Shown: positions 52,401-64,000 of the stretch, one piece after another
Layout of the letters: every line of letters starts with the position of its first letter
How positions within the stretch are numbered: position 1 is the first letter of the stretch
NCBI RefSeq assembly: GCF_963921235.1
Contig: NC_086108.1
Coordinates: 49,230,001-49,294,000 of the forward strand
Length of the DNA: 64,000 nt
Direction of reading: 5' to 3'
DNA from: Mobula hypostoma
Lineage: Eukaryota
Translations under genes and position numbers: made by a program
Notes under the pieces: model-generated
Told to the model about the DNA's origin: nothing
The model's database searches: none
The model's input: the letters and a program-made list of their open reading frames with translations, nothing else

Positions 52401-53180
52401 CCAGCGAAGTGCCATACAAGGGATCATCATCTTGAAGGATGTTTGTCATTGGTGTCCAAAACAGATCACAGGGTTTGCATTGATGTAGCGTTATTCTCCC
52501 TTTCAAAGTGTGCGTAAAAGGCATTGGCAACATCCCTGCTGGGTTTCAGCTATCGGAGGTAATGACATGCAAATCCTGCCATAGCTGTCATGCATTGGAT
52601 TGTGTCAGTAACTTTACGTGGAATTTCCGTTTGACTTTTCATAGATTGTACCTGGCCTTCTTGTTGGATTCAGGATTACCAGTCTTTAATGCCACAGATC
52701 TAGCCCTTGGTAGATTGTGAATCTCCTGGTTCATCCAGGACTTGTGGTTTGCAAAGATTTGGTATGTTCTCGAAGGCCCACACTCATCCACACAGATCTT
52801 GATGAAGTCAGTGACATCTGTGACATATTCATTCATATCTGAAGATGAATTCCTGAATGTGGTCCAGTCCATCAATTCAAAGCAGGCCTGTAAATCCTCC
52901 TCTACCTCCCTTGACCACCCCTTCATCGTCATCACTGGTTCTGTGGTTTTCAGTCTCTGTCTATATGCCAGGAGTATTAGTGCAGCCAGGTAATCAGCTT
53001 GCCAAAGTGTGGGTGCAGGATGGCAAGCTAAGTGTCCTTGATGGTAGTGTAACAATGATCAAGTGTGTTGACTCCCTTGGTTATGCAGTCGTCTGTTAGA
53101 GATGACTTCAAGCTCGCCTAATTGAAGTCAGCTGCAATGATTGGGAAAGCATCAGTGAACGCTGGATAATATCATTTAGG
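49465..53180 (-). mobile_element. Rex1 LINE interrupted by a PLE end (50215-50390) and CR1
   Basis: ORFs 49668-49991, 49930-50259, 52639-53055. Confidence 0.8.
50628..52165 (-). mobile_element. CR1 LINE 3' 1.5 kb
   Basis: ORFs 50783-52151 with KSPGPDG, KFADDTK, LVRPYLEYCVQF; tail tcttatggtcttatg. Confidence 0.93.
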
Positions 53181-55099
53181 CTGGATTGATTTGCAGGGCA
53201 ATTTCCTTATTGGCTCAATTTCACTCCAAAATGGTTGCTCGTACAATCTAATATGGATGAATTTGCTTTTACATGTAATTTGTGTACATTAGTGGGAGAT
53301 AATTGGTTTAAATCTTTAGACATGTGTACGTAGAGGTGGTTAAATAAATTCCATTACTATTGCCTTGCTCAATACAACTTTTAATAGTTCCAAGTTGCAA
53401 TAGAGAATTTTTCATATTGACATAACAAGGTAATAGCATAGAAATTGATCTGGATCTAATTCATTATCCTGCCCTAAATCATAACAAAAGGAATGTTTTA
53501 AAGCATTGAAGACCAGGTGTGGTGTATAGAGTTCCCTTTTGTTCCCTTGCATCTGTTTTTCAGTTCAACGTGTAATTTATTGTAATGTTTGCTGACTGCT
53601 TCATTTGTTAGTACACTGTGTAGGGCCACTGAGTTCTGCTGTTTCTTGTATATTGTCCCAAATCTCATTGGGGTTCTTGGAAGTAGGATGTTTCGGATGG
53701 AGTGGGGATGGCAAAAATCATCTACCTGACTGATACAATTGACTGTTTTAAAAACAATCTTGTGGCCAGGCAAGAGTGTTTATGTTTGACTGCATTGTTC
53801 TTGGTGAGAAGTAATGAGTCAGGTTGTGTAGTGTTTGGCAAATCTTTAAAATAAAGAAACATTTAGATTTTGATTCATTGTATCATTGTGAAGCTGCTAT
53901 TTGGTGCTGGACCTCGCAGATGTCTATCTTTCTCAAACAATTCTTATTTATCAAGAATTATTATAAGTCATTACCAATCAGATAAACTTCAAAAATACAA
54001 CCTAATGAAAATTTGGTGCTTTGAAGTGCTCACTGGTTAGTTGGGCCAGTTGTTTGCCAAGCAGCATACTCCCTTGAACCTAATGGATTCATGGCAAACA
54101 CCAGTCCGATCCTTCCAGGACTGACCATACAAGTGACCTCCACATAGCTAAGTACGTAGCTCCATCAAACCATTAAATTTAACTGAATTTTTCTTTCTGT
54201 CCAGTTACATTGCATCTGTGACTTTATTGAAACGTGCTGTAAATTGTGAGAATATCGTGAAAGTGACATGGAAGAAACTGCAGAAGTAACTTTGTTTAAA
54301 AAAAAATCACTGCTGGAAAAGTTTCTTGTTTTTTGCTTGCTTTGCAGCCTTACAGTTCCTGCCATTATCTACTTTTTTCCTCACACTCCAATGTTTTCTT
54401 CATTCTCTAATTGTGTACTTGTTTGAGCAATTCCAATTATAACAGTTTTCTTGTTATTCACCCTCCTGTTAATTGGAATTGTGATGTGGGAGATGTTGAT
54501 GTATCTTTTGGAATATTCCATTGACAAAAACTTCAAAGTTTAAACTAAACTGCTACTCTGAAAAGAATGTTTTTTTCCAACCAGGCTGTCATTATAGAAT
54601 CAGGACACAAACGAAGTCCATTAACCTATCAGGTCTGTAATGATTTAAAAAAAAGAGCTACCACATCTAATTCTTCCCAGCGCTGTGTTCAAATCCAGTA
54701 GGTCATAGCTCTTCAAAAACACATCTGTACGTATAGAGTCATTATCACAAAGCAGGCCTTTCAGCTGACCAGATCCTCACCAACCCTCAAGCATCCATTT
54801 ATACCAATCACATTTTCTTCTTCTATTCCCAATTAACATCCCCAGATTTTACTACTCATCTACATGCCATGGGTATTTCAGTGGCCAATAATCCACCAGT
54901 CCAAGCACCCTCTGGTGAGTGATTCTTGTCTCTACCACCGCTTTGTATATTCAGTTTCAAATCCCTAGCTCTAAGCGAGTGAAAAATGTTTTCCTTATCT
55001 TCCCTGTACTCCTTCTATCAGTTTCTTAAATTCTGTGGTCCTGGGGTTTTGGACCCATTGGCTAAATAAAGGAAATAGGACCCTTCTCTGTTTTATCAC

Positions 55100-55257
55100 A
55101 AAAAGAGGAGAAAATCTCTGCAGATGCTGGAAATCCAAGCAACACACACACAAAATACTGGAGGAACTCAGCAGCATCTCAACCCAAAACATCGACTGTA
55201 CTGTTTTCCATAGTTGCTGCCTGGCCTGCTGATTTCCTCCAGCATTTTCTGTGTGTT
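55100..55257. mobile_element. PLE mini-palindrome
   Basis: Inverted acacaaaatactggaggaactcagcag arms; ccttctctgtttt at 55082-55094 and 55258-55270. Confidence 0.75.
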
Positions 55258-55579
55258 CCTTCTCTGTTTTTCCTGTTTCATCATTATTTTATACACCCCA
55301 ATTATATTTCACCACTACTACTCTCATCGCACACAGGAGAACTATAGTTGATCCAAATTTTCTTCAGAACTATTTTTTTCTCAGTGCTGGCATCATGTTG
55401 GATCTCTCTTCAGCCTTACCAGTGCAATCACATCTTTCCTATCATGCTGTGACCAGATGTTTATGCACTGTTTGAAACTCACCATAAATTACCGTACAGA
55501 GAAAAAGCCTTTTGACCTACCTCATTGGCCAATCCTATGCTAATTTACTTTAGTTGGAGAAATTAGTTGGAGGGTGGTA

Positions 55580-55800
55580 AGACTGTGGAATTTGTTGCCA
55601 CGAACGGCTGTGGAGGCCAAGACATTGGGTGCATTTAGGGCAGAGATAGATAGGTTTTTGATTAACCAGGGCATCAAAGGGTATGGGGAGAAGGCAGGGG
55701 AGTGGGGATGACTGGAAGAATTGGATCAGCCCCTGATTGAATGGCGGAGCAGACTCGATGGGCCAAATGGCCTACTTCTGCCCCTCTATCTTATGGTATT
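55580..55800 (+). mobile_element. CR1 3' UTR
   Basis: Reverse complement of 50630-50850. Confidence 0.85.
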
Positions 55801-56109
55801 ATCTTGTGGTCAAATTTAAGAATCTGTTGTTCCACTGTTCATCCATGTCATTCCATCCTCCCACTTTTAGTATCTTTGTTGCATTTCTCTAAAACATATT
55901 CTCCACCTTCCCTGGACTAAATTCTATTTGTAAAGTTGATAAGAGCATCTGAGTTTTCCTGCATGCTTTCCCTTGGCTGTCAACTGTACAACAATTTCTT
56001 ATGACATCTGTAAGCTACTTTATCATGTACCTTGCATTTAATTTTTTATACAAGTTACAAAAGAGCAAGAGACCATGTCTGAGCTCTGCAGAACCCCCGC
56101 CTTAAACTA

Positions 56110-56240
56110 TAGAAAGGGTGCAGAGGAGATTTACAAGGATGTTGCCTGGATTGGGGAGCATGCCTTACAAGAATAGGTTGAGTGAACTTGGCCTTAGAGT
56201 GACAGAGGATGAGAGGTGACCTGATAGAGGTGTATAAGAT
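56110..56240 (+). mobile_element. CR1 fragment
   Basis: RVQRRFTRMLPGL..MRGDLIEVYKI. Confidence 0.8.
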
Positions 56241-56759
56241 AAACTCACAAATCCAGCTATCAGTCATTGTTTTTCCAGTTACTGATCAGATTTGTCATTC
56301 TACCTCTCATGTAGGTCTCTGTCAAAAACTTGTTAAAATTATGCAGACACTCTATGCTGTTTTCAGCCAAGTTTTATCATGCTTTTTGAAAGGATTCTAA
56401 TGATTTGCCCAGGGCCAAAGTTAAAACCCATTGTTCTGTAATTACTTTTTTTTATTCTGTTGTTTTCCCCCCAAACAGTACAATGTTACCACCTTGAGAA
56501 TTTGCAGTTTCCTGATGCTTTTACCAGTTTGAGATATGTAGTGCCACTTCTGTATAGCATTGCTCGCCAGATTGAGTTTAAAGTAAATATTAGTTTTAAT
56601 ACTAGCGGATTGAAATAGTCCTCTGGCTACTGCGTTATTTTGAGGTTACCTTGCGACTTATCACCCCTTTGATATTTTCTCTTGTATATCTCATACAATA
56701 TTTCATCATGATGAAGGACTTCTGTGGTGGTTGTGATAGGAGTTGGGGTGGGAGGGGGA

Positions 56760-56890
56760 AGGTGATGAAGGGCGTTGGCCTGAAACAACAACTCTTTTTC
56801 CTCTCCATGGATGCTGCCTGACCTGTTGAATTCCTCAAGCACTTTGTTTTGTGTTGCTCTGGATTCCAGAATCTGCAGAATCCCTTTTGT
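56760..56890 (+). mobile_element. Degenerate PLE terminal repeat
   Basis: tgatgaagggcgttggcctgaaac...gatgctgcctgacctg. Confidence 0.7.
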
Positions 56891-57274
56891 TGAATGCACT
56901 GTATAGTAGGGGTTAGGGTTAGAAGAACAATATTGTGGCCTAATAAGGTGGTTACAAACTATAAAGTGAGATGAAATCCTACTAAAAATCCTGCAGCAGA
57001 GCTTCTCAGCAGATGGGGAGCTGGAGGTTGTCATTTGTTGGGAAAACCAGACATAGAGATCCCTGAGACATGGTTACAAAGGTATTTACTAGGGACAGAA
57101 AAACTTGGACATACCTAATAAAGAGCACAAAAGTTAAATCCATATTCATCAATGTAAAAGATTTTTAGAAACGGCTCTGTTATATAAATAAGCACAAAAG
57201 AAGGATTGGATCTACTAAGGGGACAGGAACCAGAGCAAGTATGTGAGCATCTTGGTAATAGTCATCATATTATA

Positions 57275-57492
57275 TTTGTGGAATTTGTTGCCACGAGCAG
57301 CTGTGGAGGCCAAGTCAGTGGGTGTATTTAAGACAGAGATAGATAGGTTCTTGATTAGCCAGGGCATCAAAGGGCATGGGGAGAAGGCAAGAGAATGGGG
57401 ATGACTGGAAGAATTGGATCAGTCCATGATTGAATGACGGAGCAGACTGGATGGGCCAAATGGCATACTTCTCACTATATCTTCTGGTTTTA
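57275..57492 (+). mobile_element. CR1 3' UTR
   Basis: Similar to 55580-55800. Confidence 0.85.
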
Positions 57493-58220
57493 TTATTGTA
57501 TTAGTTTTTATTCAGTTTTCAGGATTCAAGTATGTGTAAGTGCCCTCTGGTTGTCAAATATTATCACTCTCATGGCTGCAGAGCAGTCTTTCGTGAAAGA
57601 TGTACTTTTTAAAAATAGTTTTGGTTATTTTCTGTCAGAATTTGGAGAAAAATAATGCTGGTGTGGAAAAGCGTACCTAATGCTGACAAGGTTGGGTGAT
57701 TAGCACCAATTACTGATGGAAAAATCACACTCCAAAGTGATTGAGCTTGAGTTAGATTATATAAATGGTCGTTTCTGGAATGAAATCACAGTCAGTGGAA
57801 AATTGGGCATGCACTTCCAAGGTCAATACACTGTTATGCATCTGATGTTTTCCTTGCTTTACTTTTGTGCATTTTATGATGTTACAAGTCATGAACTGAG
57901 AGTTTCTTTTCTTCCCCCGTAAATTGGAGTTTTTAGGGGACGTTTTAACATTTCCATTGAAGAGTCACGAGAAAACATCTCAGTGCTCATAATGTTAATT
58001 GAAGGGTTTCCATACAACGTCCGCTAGCCCCAGGATATAGAAAGCTCATTGCATATTGCAGCTCTTTTACACTAAAGCTGCATGATTGATTTCTGCCTAA
58101 TCGATCCTGAACCTTACACTGATGTGAGCTCACTCATTGCATGGCAGTCAAATCGAGACAGATTTGGTGGTAGGGAACGGAGAACATTCCACGTGAACAC
58201 AATTTACATGTCTCCCCTAG

Positions 58221-58428
58221 CTGGAGAAAATCTACAGATGCTGGACGTCCAAGCAACACACACAAAATGCTGGAGGAGCTCAGCATGGTCTTGGCCCGAA
58301 ACATCGACTGTTAACTTTTTTTCCATTGATGATGCCTGGTCTGCTGAATTCCTCCAGTATTTTGTGTGTGTTGCTTGGATTTCCAGCATTTGCAGATTTT
58401 CTCTTTAGCATTTTGTGTGTATTGCCTG
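58221..58428. mobile_element. PLE mini-palindrome
   Basis: gagaaaatctacagatgctgg..cacacaaaatgctggagga inverted against 58350-58404. Confidence 0.8.
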
Positions 58429-59539
58429 AAAATTTTCTTGCCTTCATGGCAACATTTAGTATTTTTTTTGAGATTTTTTAAAGATCGGATGTCCTTGTAA
58501 TCAGTGCAGCAAAAATGGAGCAGTTGGGATCTTTCCAGGACCTACACCTTTTAAATAAATTATTCTATTTGTAAATCCATAATTCTGTTTTTAAAATATT
58601 TCAGGAAAAATTGTATGTGATTGAGGATTAATGCTATACACAGCATGCCTAGTGCACCATAAAGGATGAAGATACTTGAATTGATGGGGAAAAAAACTAA
58701 AATATTTTGACTGTTGCACTGGCATTAAACTTGAAATTGAAATTAAACATTTTTTAATGTCAATCTTTTTGTCAGGAACTATTTTATAATGCAACTATGT
58801 TCCAAGTTAGTGTTGTTTTGGCAATTTTCACCTATTATTTTCCACAGAAACTATGCATGTTAATCTGTTATTGGGTAGAAATGTACTTCTGGAGCCTATC
58901 CTAAGCACGTGTAGAATATGCACAAAAATGTTTAGTTCTGAAAGGTCACTTAAATGTGCTAAAGTGTCTCATTGAGGGCTAATTTGCAATAATTCAGGAA
59001 CTGGATCCATGTTCATGTAATGAAAAGCCTTATATTTTTCTCCCAATCATTCTAACAAATGCCTGATATTACCACCCATTCTTTCCCAGCTAAAACGATC
59101 AACATATAGACATTCAAAAAATATTGTCAGTTATTGAAATAATGTTTTTTAAAATGTGTTCTACAAAAATATAATTAAGTTGATCGAACTAAATAAGTGA
59201 TATATATATTTTTAGAATAGTCGACTGAAAAGTGAATTGTCCCAATTAAGTTGTTTACTATAATTTCTGTACTAGGTGTTCCTTCCAAAAAGATTTGCTA
59301 ATGTTTTCCGTAGTAATGTTTTTCACAGCTGGCGGTGTAGTGTTTATTTCAATAAATTGCAAAACTACACAGCTCCCTTGTGTACTGAAACAAAACGTCT
59401 GTTGATTTGTTGACGGACTTGTGCATTTGAAATGGAAAATTTCAAAAGAAAGTGACATCTTTTCTTTTGCTTCTTTGATCCTGTTCAAAGGAACAATGTC
59501 CTGTGATAGTTAAGATCCTTATTTGATTTATAAATTTTT

Positions 59540-60570
59540 GCAGTCTTAGTATTTCTGATAAGGCCAGCACTCACTGCCTGTACCAAATTGTCCTTGTGTC
59601 ATCCCTTGAACTGTTCAAGTTGTTTTGATGAAGTAAGTTCTATAGTGCTGGGATTTAGACCCGGTGATGATGAAGAACTATAATATATTTCAAGGTCAGG
59701 ATGGTGTGTGACTTGGAGAAATTTCAGATGGTGGTTTCCCATAATCCTATTATAATTCTCAGAGGTAGAGATCATGGATATGGCCAGAATAGCCAAAGGA
59801 GATGACTATTATCCATTTTGTATACTGTAGCCATTGAGAGCTGGGAAAATTGTATGTTTAGAAGCTAGATGGGGCACCAGACTGTTAAGTGGGCTGCTTT
59901 GTTGTTAACAAGTTGCTTGAAGGGTTGCTGGAGCTACACGTGTCCAGGCAAGTGGAGATGGTTCTGTCATACTCCTAACTTGTAATTTGCAGTTGGTGAA
60001 AAGGCCTTGGAGTGTCAGATGAGAACCTAGCCGTTGCTCTGGTAGCCACAGTGTTTATATGACTGGTCCAGTATTGTTACTGGTCAATGATGAACATCAA
60101 ATGTTGATGGTGGGTGAATTAGCGTTAGCAATACCATTGAATGTCAAGGTCAGGTGGTTAAACATTCTATTGTAGGTAACTGTTATTGCCTGCCACATTG
60201 GTGCCAGAAATGGTACTTTTTAATATACATAGTGCATGAGTGGATGTCAACCAGGTCTTGCTGCATGCAGGCTTGGATTGCTTAATGTGCTGAATAATGG
60301 TGAATAGAATTGGACATTCCAAACTCATTAGCAGACATTACCCACTTTTTGACTTCTTTTGATGGAAGGAGCCATTGGTATGTTATCCTTGATACCAATT
60401 GATTTCCATTTCACTAGACTTCCATGACACCCGATCAATTGCTACATTTCTGAAAGGCAGTTTTTTCTGACATGCTGGAATTCAACACTTTTGTTCATGT
60501 TTGAGCCAAGACATTGATGAAGGGTGGAACCTAGTGGCCCTGGCAAAACACGTTGTTATCGATGAACAAG
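59540..60570 (-). mobile_element. Ancient, degenerate LINE (CR1/L2-like)
   Basis: Recognised only by general resemblance to elasmobranch LINE 3' regions; no intact ORF. Confidence 0.4.
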
Positions 60571-60652
60571 TGAATCAGTGCAACTTTAATGTTCGAAGTA
60601 AATTTATGATTAAAATATATGTATGTCACCATATACAGTACTATGCTAAATA

Positions 60653-61310
60653 CAGGCAGTCCAGGAGTTACAAACGTCCGTCTTACGAACAGAGGAAGGA
60701 GAACGCCGTCTGCCATTTTAAGTTGGATCATGATGCCGTCCGCCATTTTAAGTCGTTGCCGTTAACACTGTGTTGATTGTGTATCTTTGTATTTGGCTTA
60801 AATTTTTCTTAGCAAAATTCATCCTGACACCCTCCCCCCCCCTTTTTACAGTCAGCACCACCCCCACTTGTCTCATTTAACCTAAATCTGCAGTGTTTCT
60901 ATTCTGTTGACGGAAAACGATCACGATTGAAAATAAAGTGGAAATAATAAATAATAAAGCGATCGGAAAGAAGTGAAACGCCATCGGTCATTGGAAAAAC
61001 ATTAAGCTAGTCGATCAACGATCGGAACAATTTTAAAGGATAAAGGATAAAGTGAGAATAATGAAGCATGTGAAAGGCTCTGCCCCGATGAAAGCTACAA
61101 GCTACAAAGCTACGCACTGATTTAATTATTGAAATACATACATTTCTTAAGTGTTTTATATCCATAGAAAGGTAAAATATATACCATATACTAAGAGAAA
61201 CGTTTGACTGATGCTAAATAATAATGGATGTACCTCTTTCGACTTATGTACAAATCTGACTTAAAGACAGACTCAAGAATGGAACTCGTTCGTAACCGGG
61301 GGACTGCCTG
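60653..61310 (+). mobile_element. Tigger (pogo) derivative with transposase HTH remnant
   Basis: TIR CAGGCAGTCC..TTAC.AAC, TA flanks; 60911-61050 encodes RKTITIENKVEII..RSERSETPSVIGKTL..RSTIGTILKDK. Confidence 0.9.
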
Positions 61311-61785
61311 TATATAGTGTGTATATATGTGTGTGTGTGTGTATACACACACACACACACACACGTACGTGGCTGGGGTGCCCCAGACCTCTGCACAGTA
61401 CTGTATTTGTCGATGTGGATTGGAGAGCAAGTTTGTAAATCTGGCGGAAGCAAAGGATGTTGGGAATAACAAGGGTGAAGCGCCACAGGAGGGATGTAGG
61501 ACAGGTGGCAGAGAAAGAGTGCCAGGGTGAAGGTGGTGCTGGTGCAGCCACACCCAGCCGTGAGATACCAGACAAGATCATTTGATTCCAAACAACTGGT
61601 TTATTGATCTTTGGTACTTCCCACTCTCCCTTCCCCATTCCGAACCATGATTCCCCTCTCCCTGCCCCCTTCCCACTCTCAGTCCACGATAGTGACCCGT
61701 ATCAGAATCAGCTTTATCATTAGTCACATATGTCAATAAATTTGTTTTTTTTGCGGCTGAAGTACAGTGCAATACATAAAAATTA

Positions 61786-62629
61786 CTCTACTGTGCACAA
61801 GTCATAGGCACCCTGGCTATATACAGTGGTGCTAGAAAGTTTGTGAACCCTGTAGAATTTAATCTATTTCTGCATAAATACGACTTGAAATGTGATCAAA
61901 TCTTCACACGTCCTAAAACTAGATAAAGAAAACCCAATTAAACAAATAACATAAAAAACCTTGTACTTGTTTATTTATTTATTGAGAAAAATGATGCAAT
62001 ATTGCATATATTTGGTTGGAGAAAGTATGTGAACCTTTGCTTGTACAGCAATAACTTCAACCAAATGTTTCTGGTAACTGTTGATCAGTCCTGCACATCA
62101 GCTTGGAGGAATTTTAGGCAATTCCTCCTTATAAAACTGCTTCAACTCCGGAATGTTGGTGGGCTTCCTTCCATGAACTGCTTGCTTCACGTCCTTCCAC
62201 AACGTTTCTATGGGATTAAGATCAGGACTTTGACTCGGCCATTCCAAAATGTGAAATTTCTTCTGCTTTAACCATTCTTTGGTAGACTGACTTGAGTGTT
62301 TAGGGCCATTGTCTTGCTGCATGATCCACTTTCTCTTGAGCTTCAATTCACAGATGGATACCCTGACATTTTCCTGTAGAATTTGCTGGTACAAGTCAGA
62401 ATTTATAATTCCATCAATGATAGCAAACCATCCTGGTCCCGAGGCAGCAAAGCAGGCTCAAACCATGGCACTACCACCACCACGTTTCACAAATGGGTTG
62501 AGATTCTTATGCTGGAATGCATCTGATTACATTTTAGGTCACATTTATGCTGAAATAGAGAAAATTCTAAAGGGGTCACAAACTTTCTAGCACCACTGTA
62601 TATGTGCCTAAAACTTTTGCACAGTACTC
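61786..62629. mobile_element. Tiny TA-flanked MITE (TIR ~CAGTACTGTGCAAAAGTCTTAGGCAC) split by Tc1
   Basis: tactgtgcacaagtcataggcac ... gtgcctaaaacttttgcacagtact. Confidence 0.75.
61824..62598 (-). mobile_element. Tc1 (DD34E) transposon, internally deleted
   Basis: Perfect 23 bp TIR CAGTGGTGCTAGAAAGTTTGTGA, TA TSD; ORF 62098-62394 QDNGPKH..WPSQSPDLNPIE with 34 residues between D and E. Confidence 0.95.
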
Positions 62630-63780
62630 TATATCCATGAGATTCATTTTCTTGTGGGCATTAACTGTAAATCCAAGAAACACGAGAGATTCAGTGAAGG
62701 ACTGCACCCAGCAGGACAAACAACCAATATGTAAGAGACAACAAACTGCAAATACTGAAGAAAAAATAAACAAGCAATAAACACCAAGAATGTGAGATGA
62801 AGAGGCCTTCAAAGTGAGACCATAGTTTGTGGGACCACAGTGATGGGGCGAGTGAAGTTGTCACCTCTGTTTCAAGAGCCTGATGCTTGAGAGGTAATAA
62901 CTGTTCCTGAACCTAGTGCTGTGGGTTTTGAGGCTCTTGTACAGCCTTCCTGAACGCAGCAGCAAGAAGAGAGCATGGCCTGTATAGTGGGGATGGATGC
63001 TGCTTTCCTGCAACAGTGCTCCATATAGATGTGCTCAATGGTGGGGAGGGCTGTACCTGTGATGGACTAGGCTGAATCTACTACGTTTTGTAGGATTTTT
63101 TTCTGTTTCACTAAAGAACATTGATGTTTCCATACCAGGCCGTGATACAACCAGTCAATATACACTTCACCATACGTCTATCGAAGTTTGTTAAAGATTT
63201 AGATGACATGCCAAATGCCTAATAATTTAGAGGCATTGCTGTGGTTTCTTCATAATGGCATGTATGTGCTGGACCCAGGACAGATCCTCTGAGATTATCA
63301 CACCGAGGAACTTGAAGTTGCTGACACGCTCCATTTTTGATCCCCGATGAAACTAGGTCACAGGAGTCTGGTTTCCTACTCCTGAAGTCAATAATCAGCT
63401 CCTTGGTAACAGTGAGTGAGAGGTGGTTGTTGTGGCATCACTCAGCCAGATTTTCATTATCCCTCCTCTATAATATGTCACCGCTTTCTGATTTGGCCAA
63501 TGACATTGGTGTCACCAGCAAACTTGAATATGGTATTCAAGCTGTTCTAAGCCTCACAGTCATAAGTATAAAGCGAGTAGAGCAGGGGCTACACACACTG
63601 TTTTGTGGTGCACCTATGCTGATGAAGGTTGTAGAGGAAATGATGCCAATCTGAATTAATTGGGGTCTGCAAGTGAGGGAATCAGGGTATTGAGACCAAG
63701 GTCTTGAAGTTTATTGATTAGTTCCGAGGGGATAACTTGTTGATTGCAGAGCTGTGGACAATGAAGAGCTTGCCACAACT
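62630..63780 (-). mobile_element. Rex1 LINE 3' region (its tail lies at 60585-60635)
   Basis: Homologous to 36740-37530 and to the reverse complement of 11630-11925. Confidence 0.8.
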
Positions 63781-64000
63781 ATCCAAGACTCTGGTACTTT
63801 GCAGATGATGCGCTGTGGATTGGTGACTGAGTGACAATCGGTATGATATGACATGTCCAGCTTTATGTGAACAGGCCTTGACCACATCTAATGCACTCAG
63901 TATTATCAAGTGGAGTGAACTAAATTGGTTGAAAACTGGCTTTTCTGGTGGTAAGAGGTCCTGGGAGGCAGCTCAACAGGAATATTTTCTTGTGCATGTG

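Noticed and set aside
55580..57492. Two similar ~220 bp direct repeats as LTRs of one element
   Set aside because: Both are CR1 3' UTRs found elsewhere in the window; no TG..CA ends, PBS or internal genes.
57660..58210. Repeat-free block as a conserved enhancer or exon
   Set aside because: No recognisable protein or splice pair; conservation cannot be judged without alignment.
59336..59346. TGTAGTGTTT resembling the start of miR-142-3p
   Set aside because: The match stops after 10 nt.

Overview
Eukaryotic, repeat-rich, apparently non-coding DNA (intronic or intergenic). I found no host protein-coding exon. The repeat landscape (CR1, Rex1/Babar, a V-SINE, Penelope-like elements, Tc1, Tigger, hAT) suggests a cartilaginous fish, probably a ray; this is inference. 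All recognisable ORFs are decayed transposon fragments. Main structures: (1) many Penelope-like (PLE) insertions whose terminal repeat contains a minimal type-I hammerhead ribozyme, often arranged as TSD-flanked palindromes with one full and one shortened end; (2) a non-autonomous Helitron retaining 23-aa STPR-like repeats; (3) a hAT-in-hAT element inside a four-level nest; (4) a ~2 kb candidate composite DNA transposon bounded by two copies of a tiny MITE. Boundaries were read by eye; those of old, degenerate repeats are approximate.
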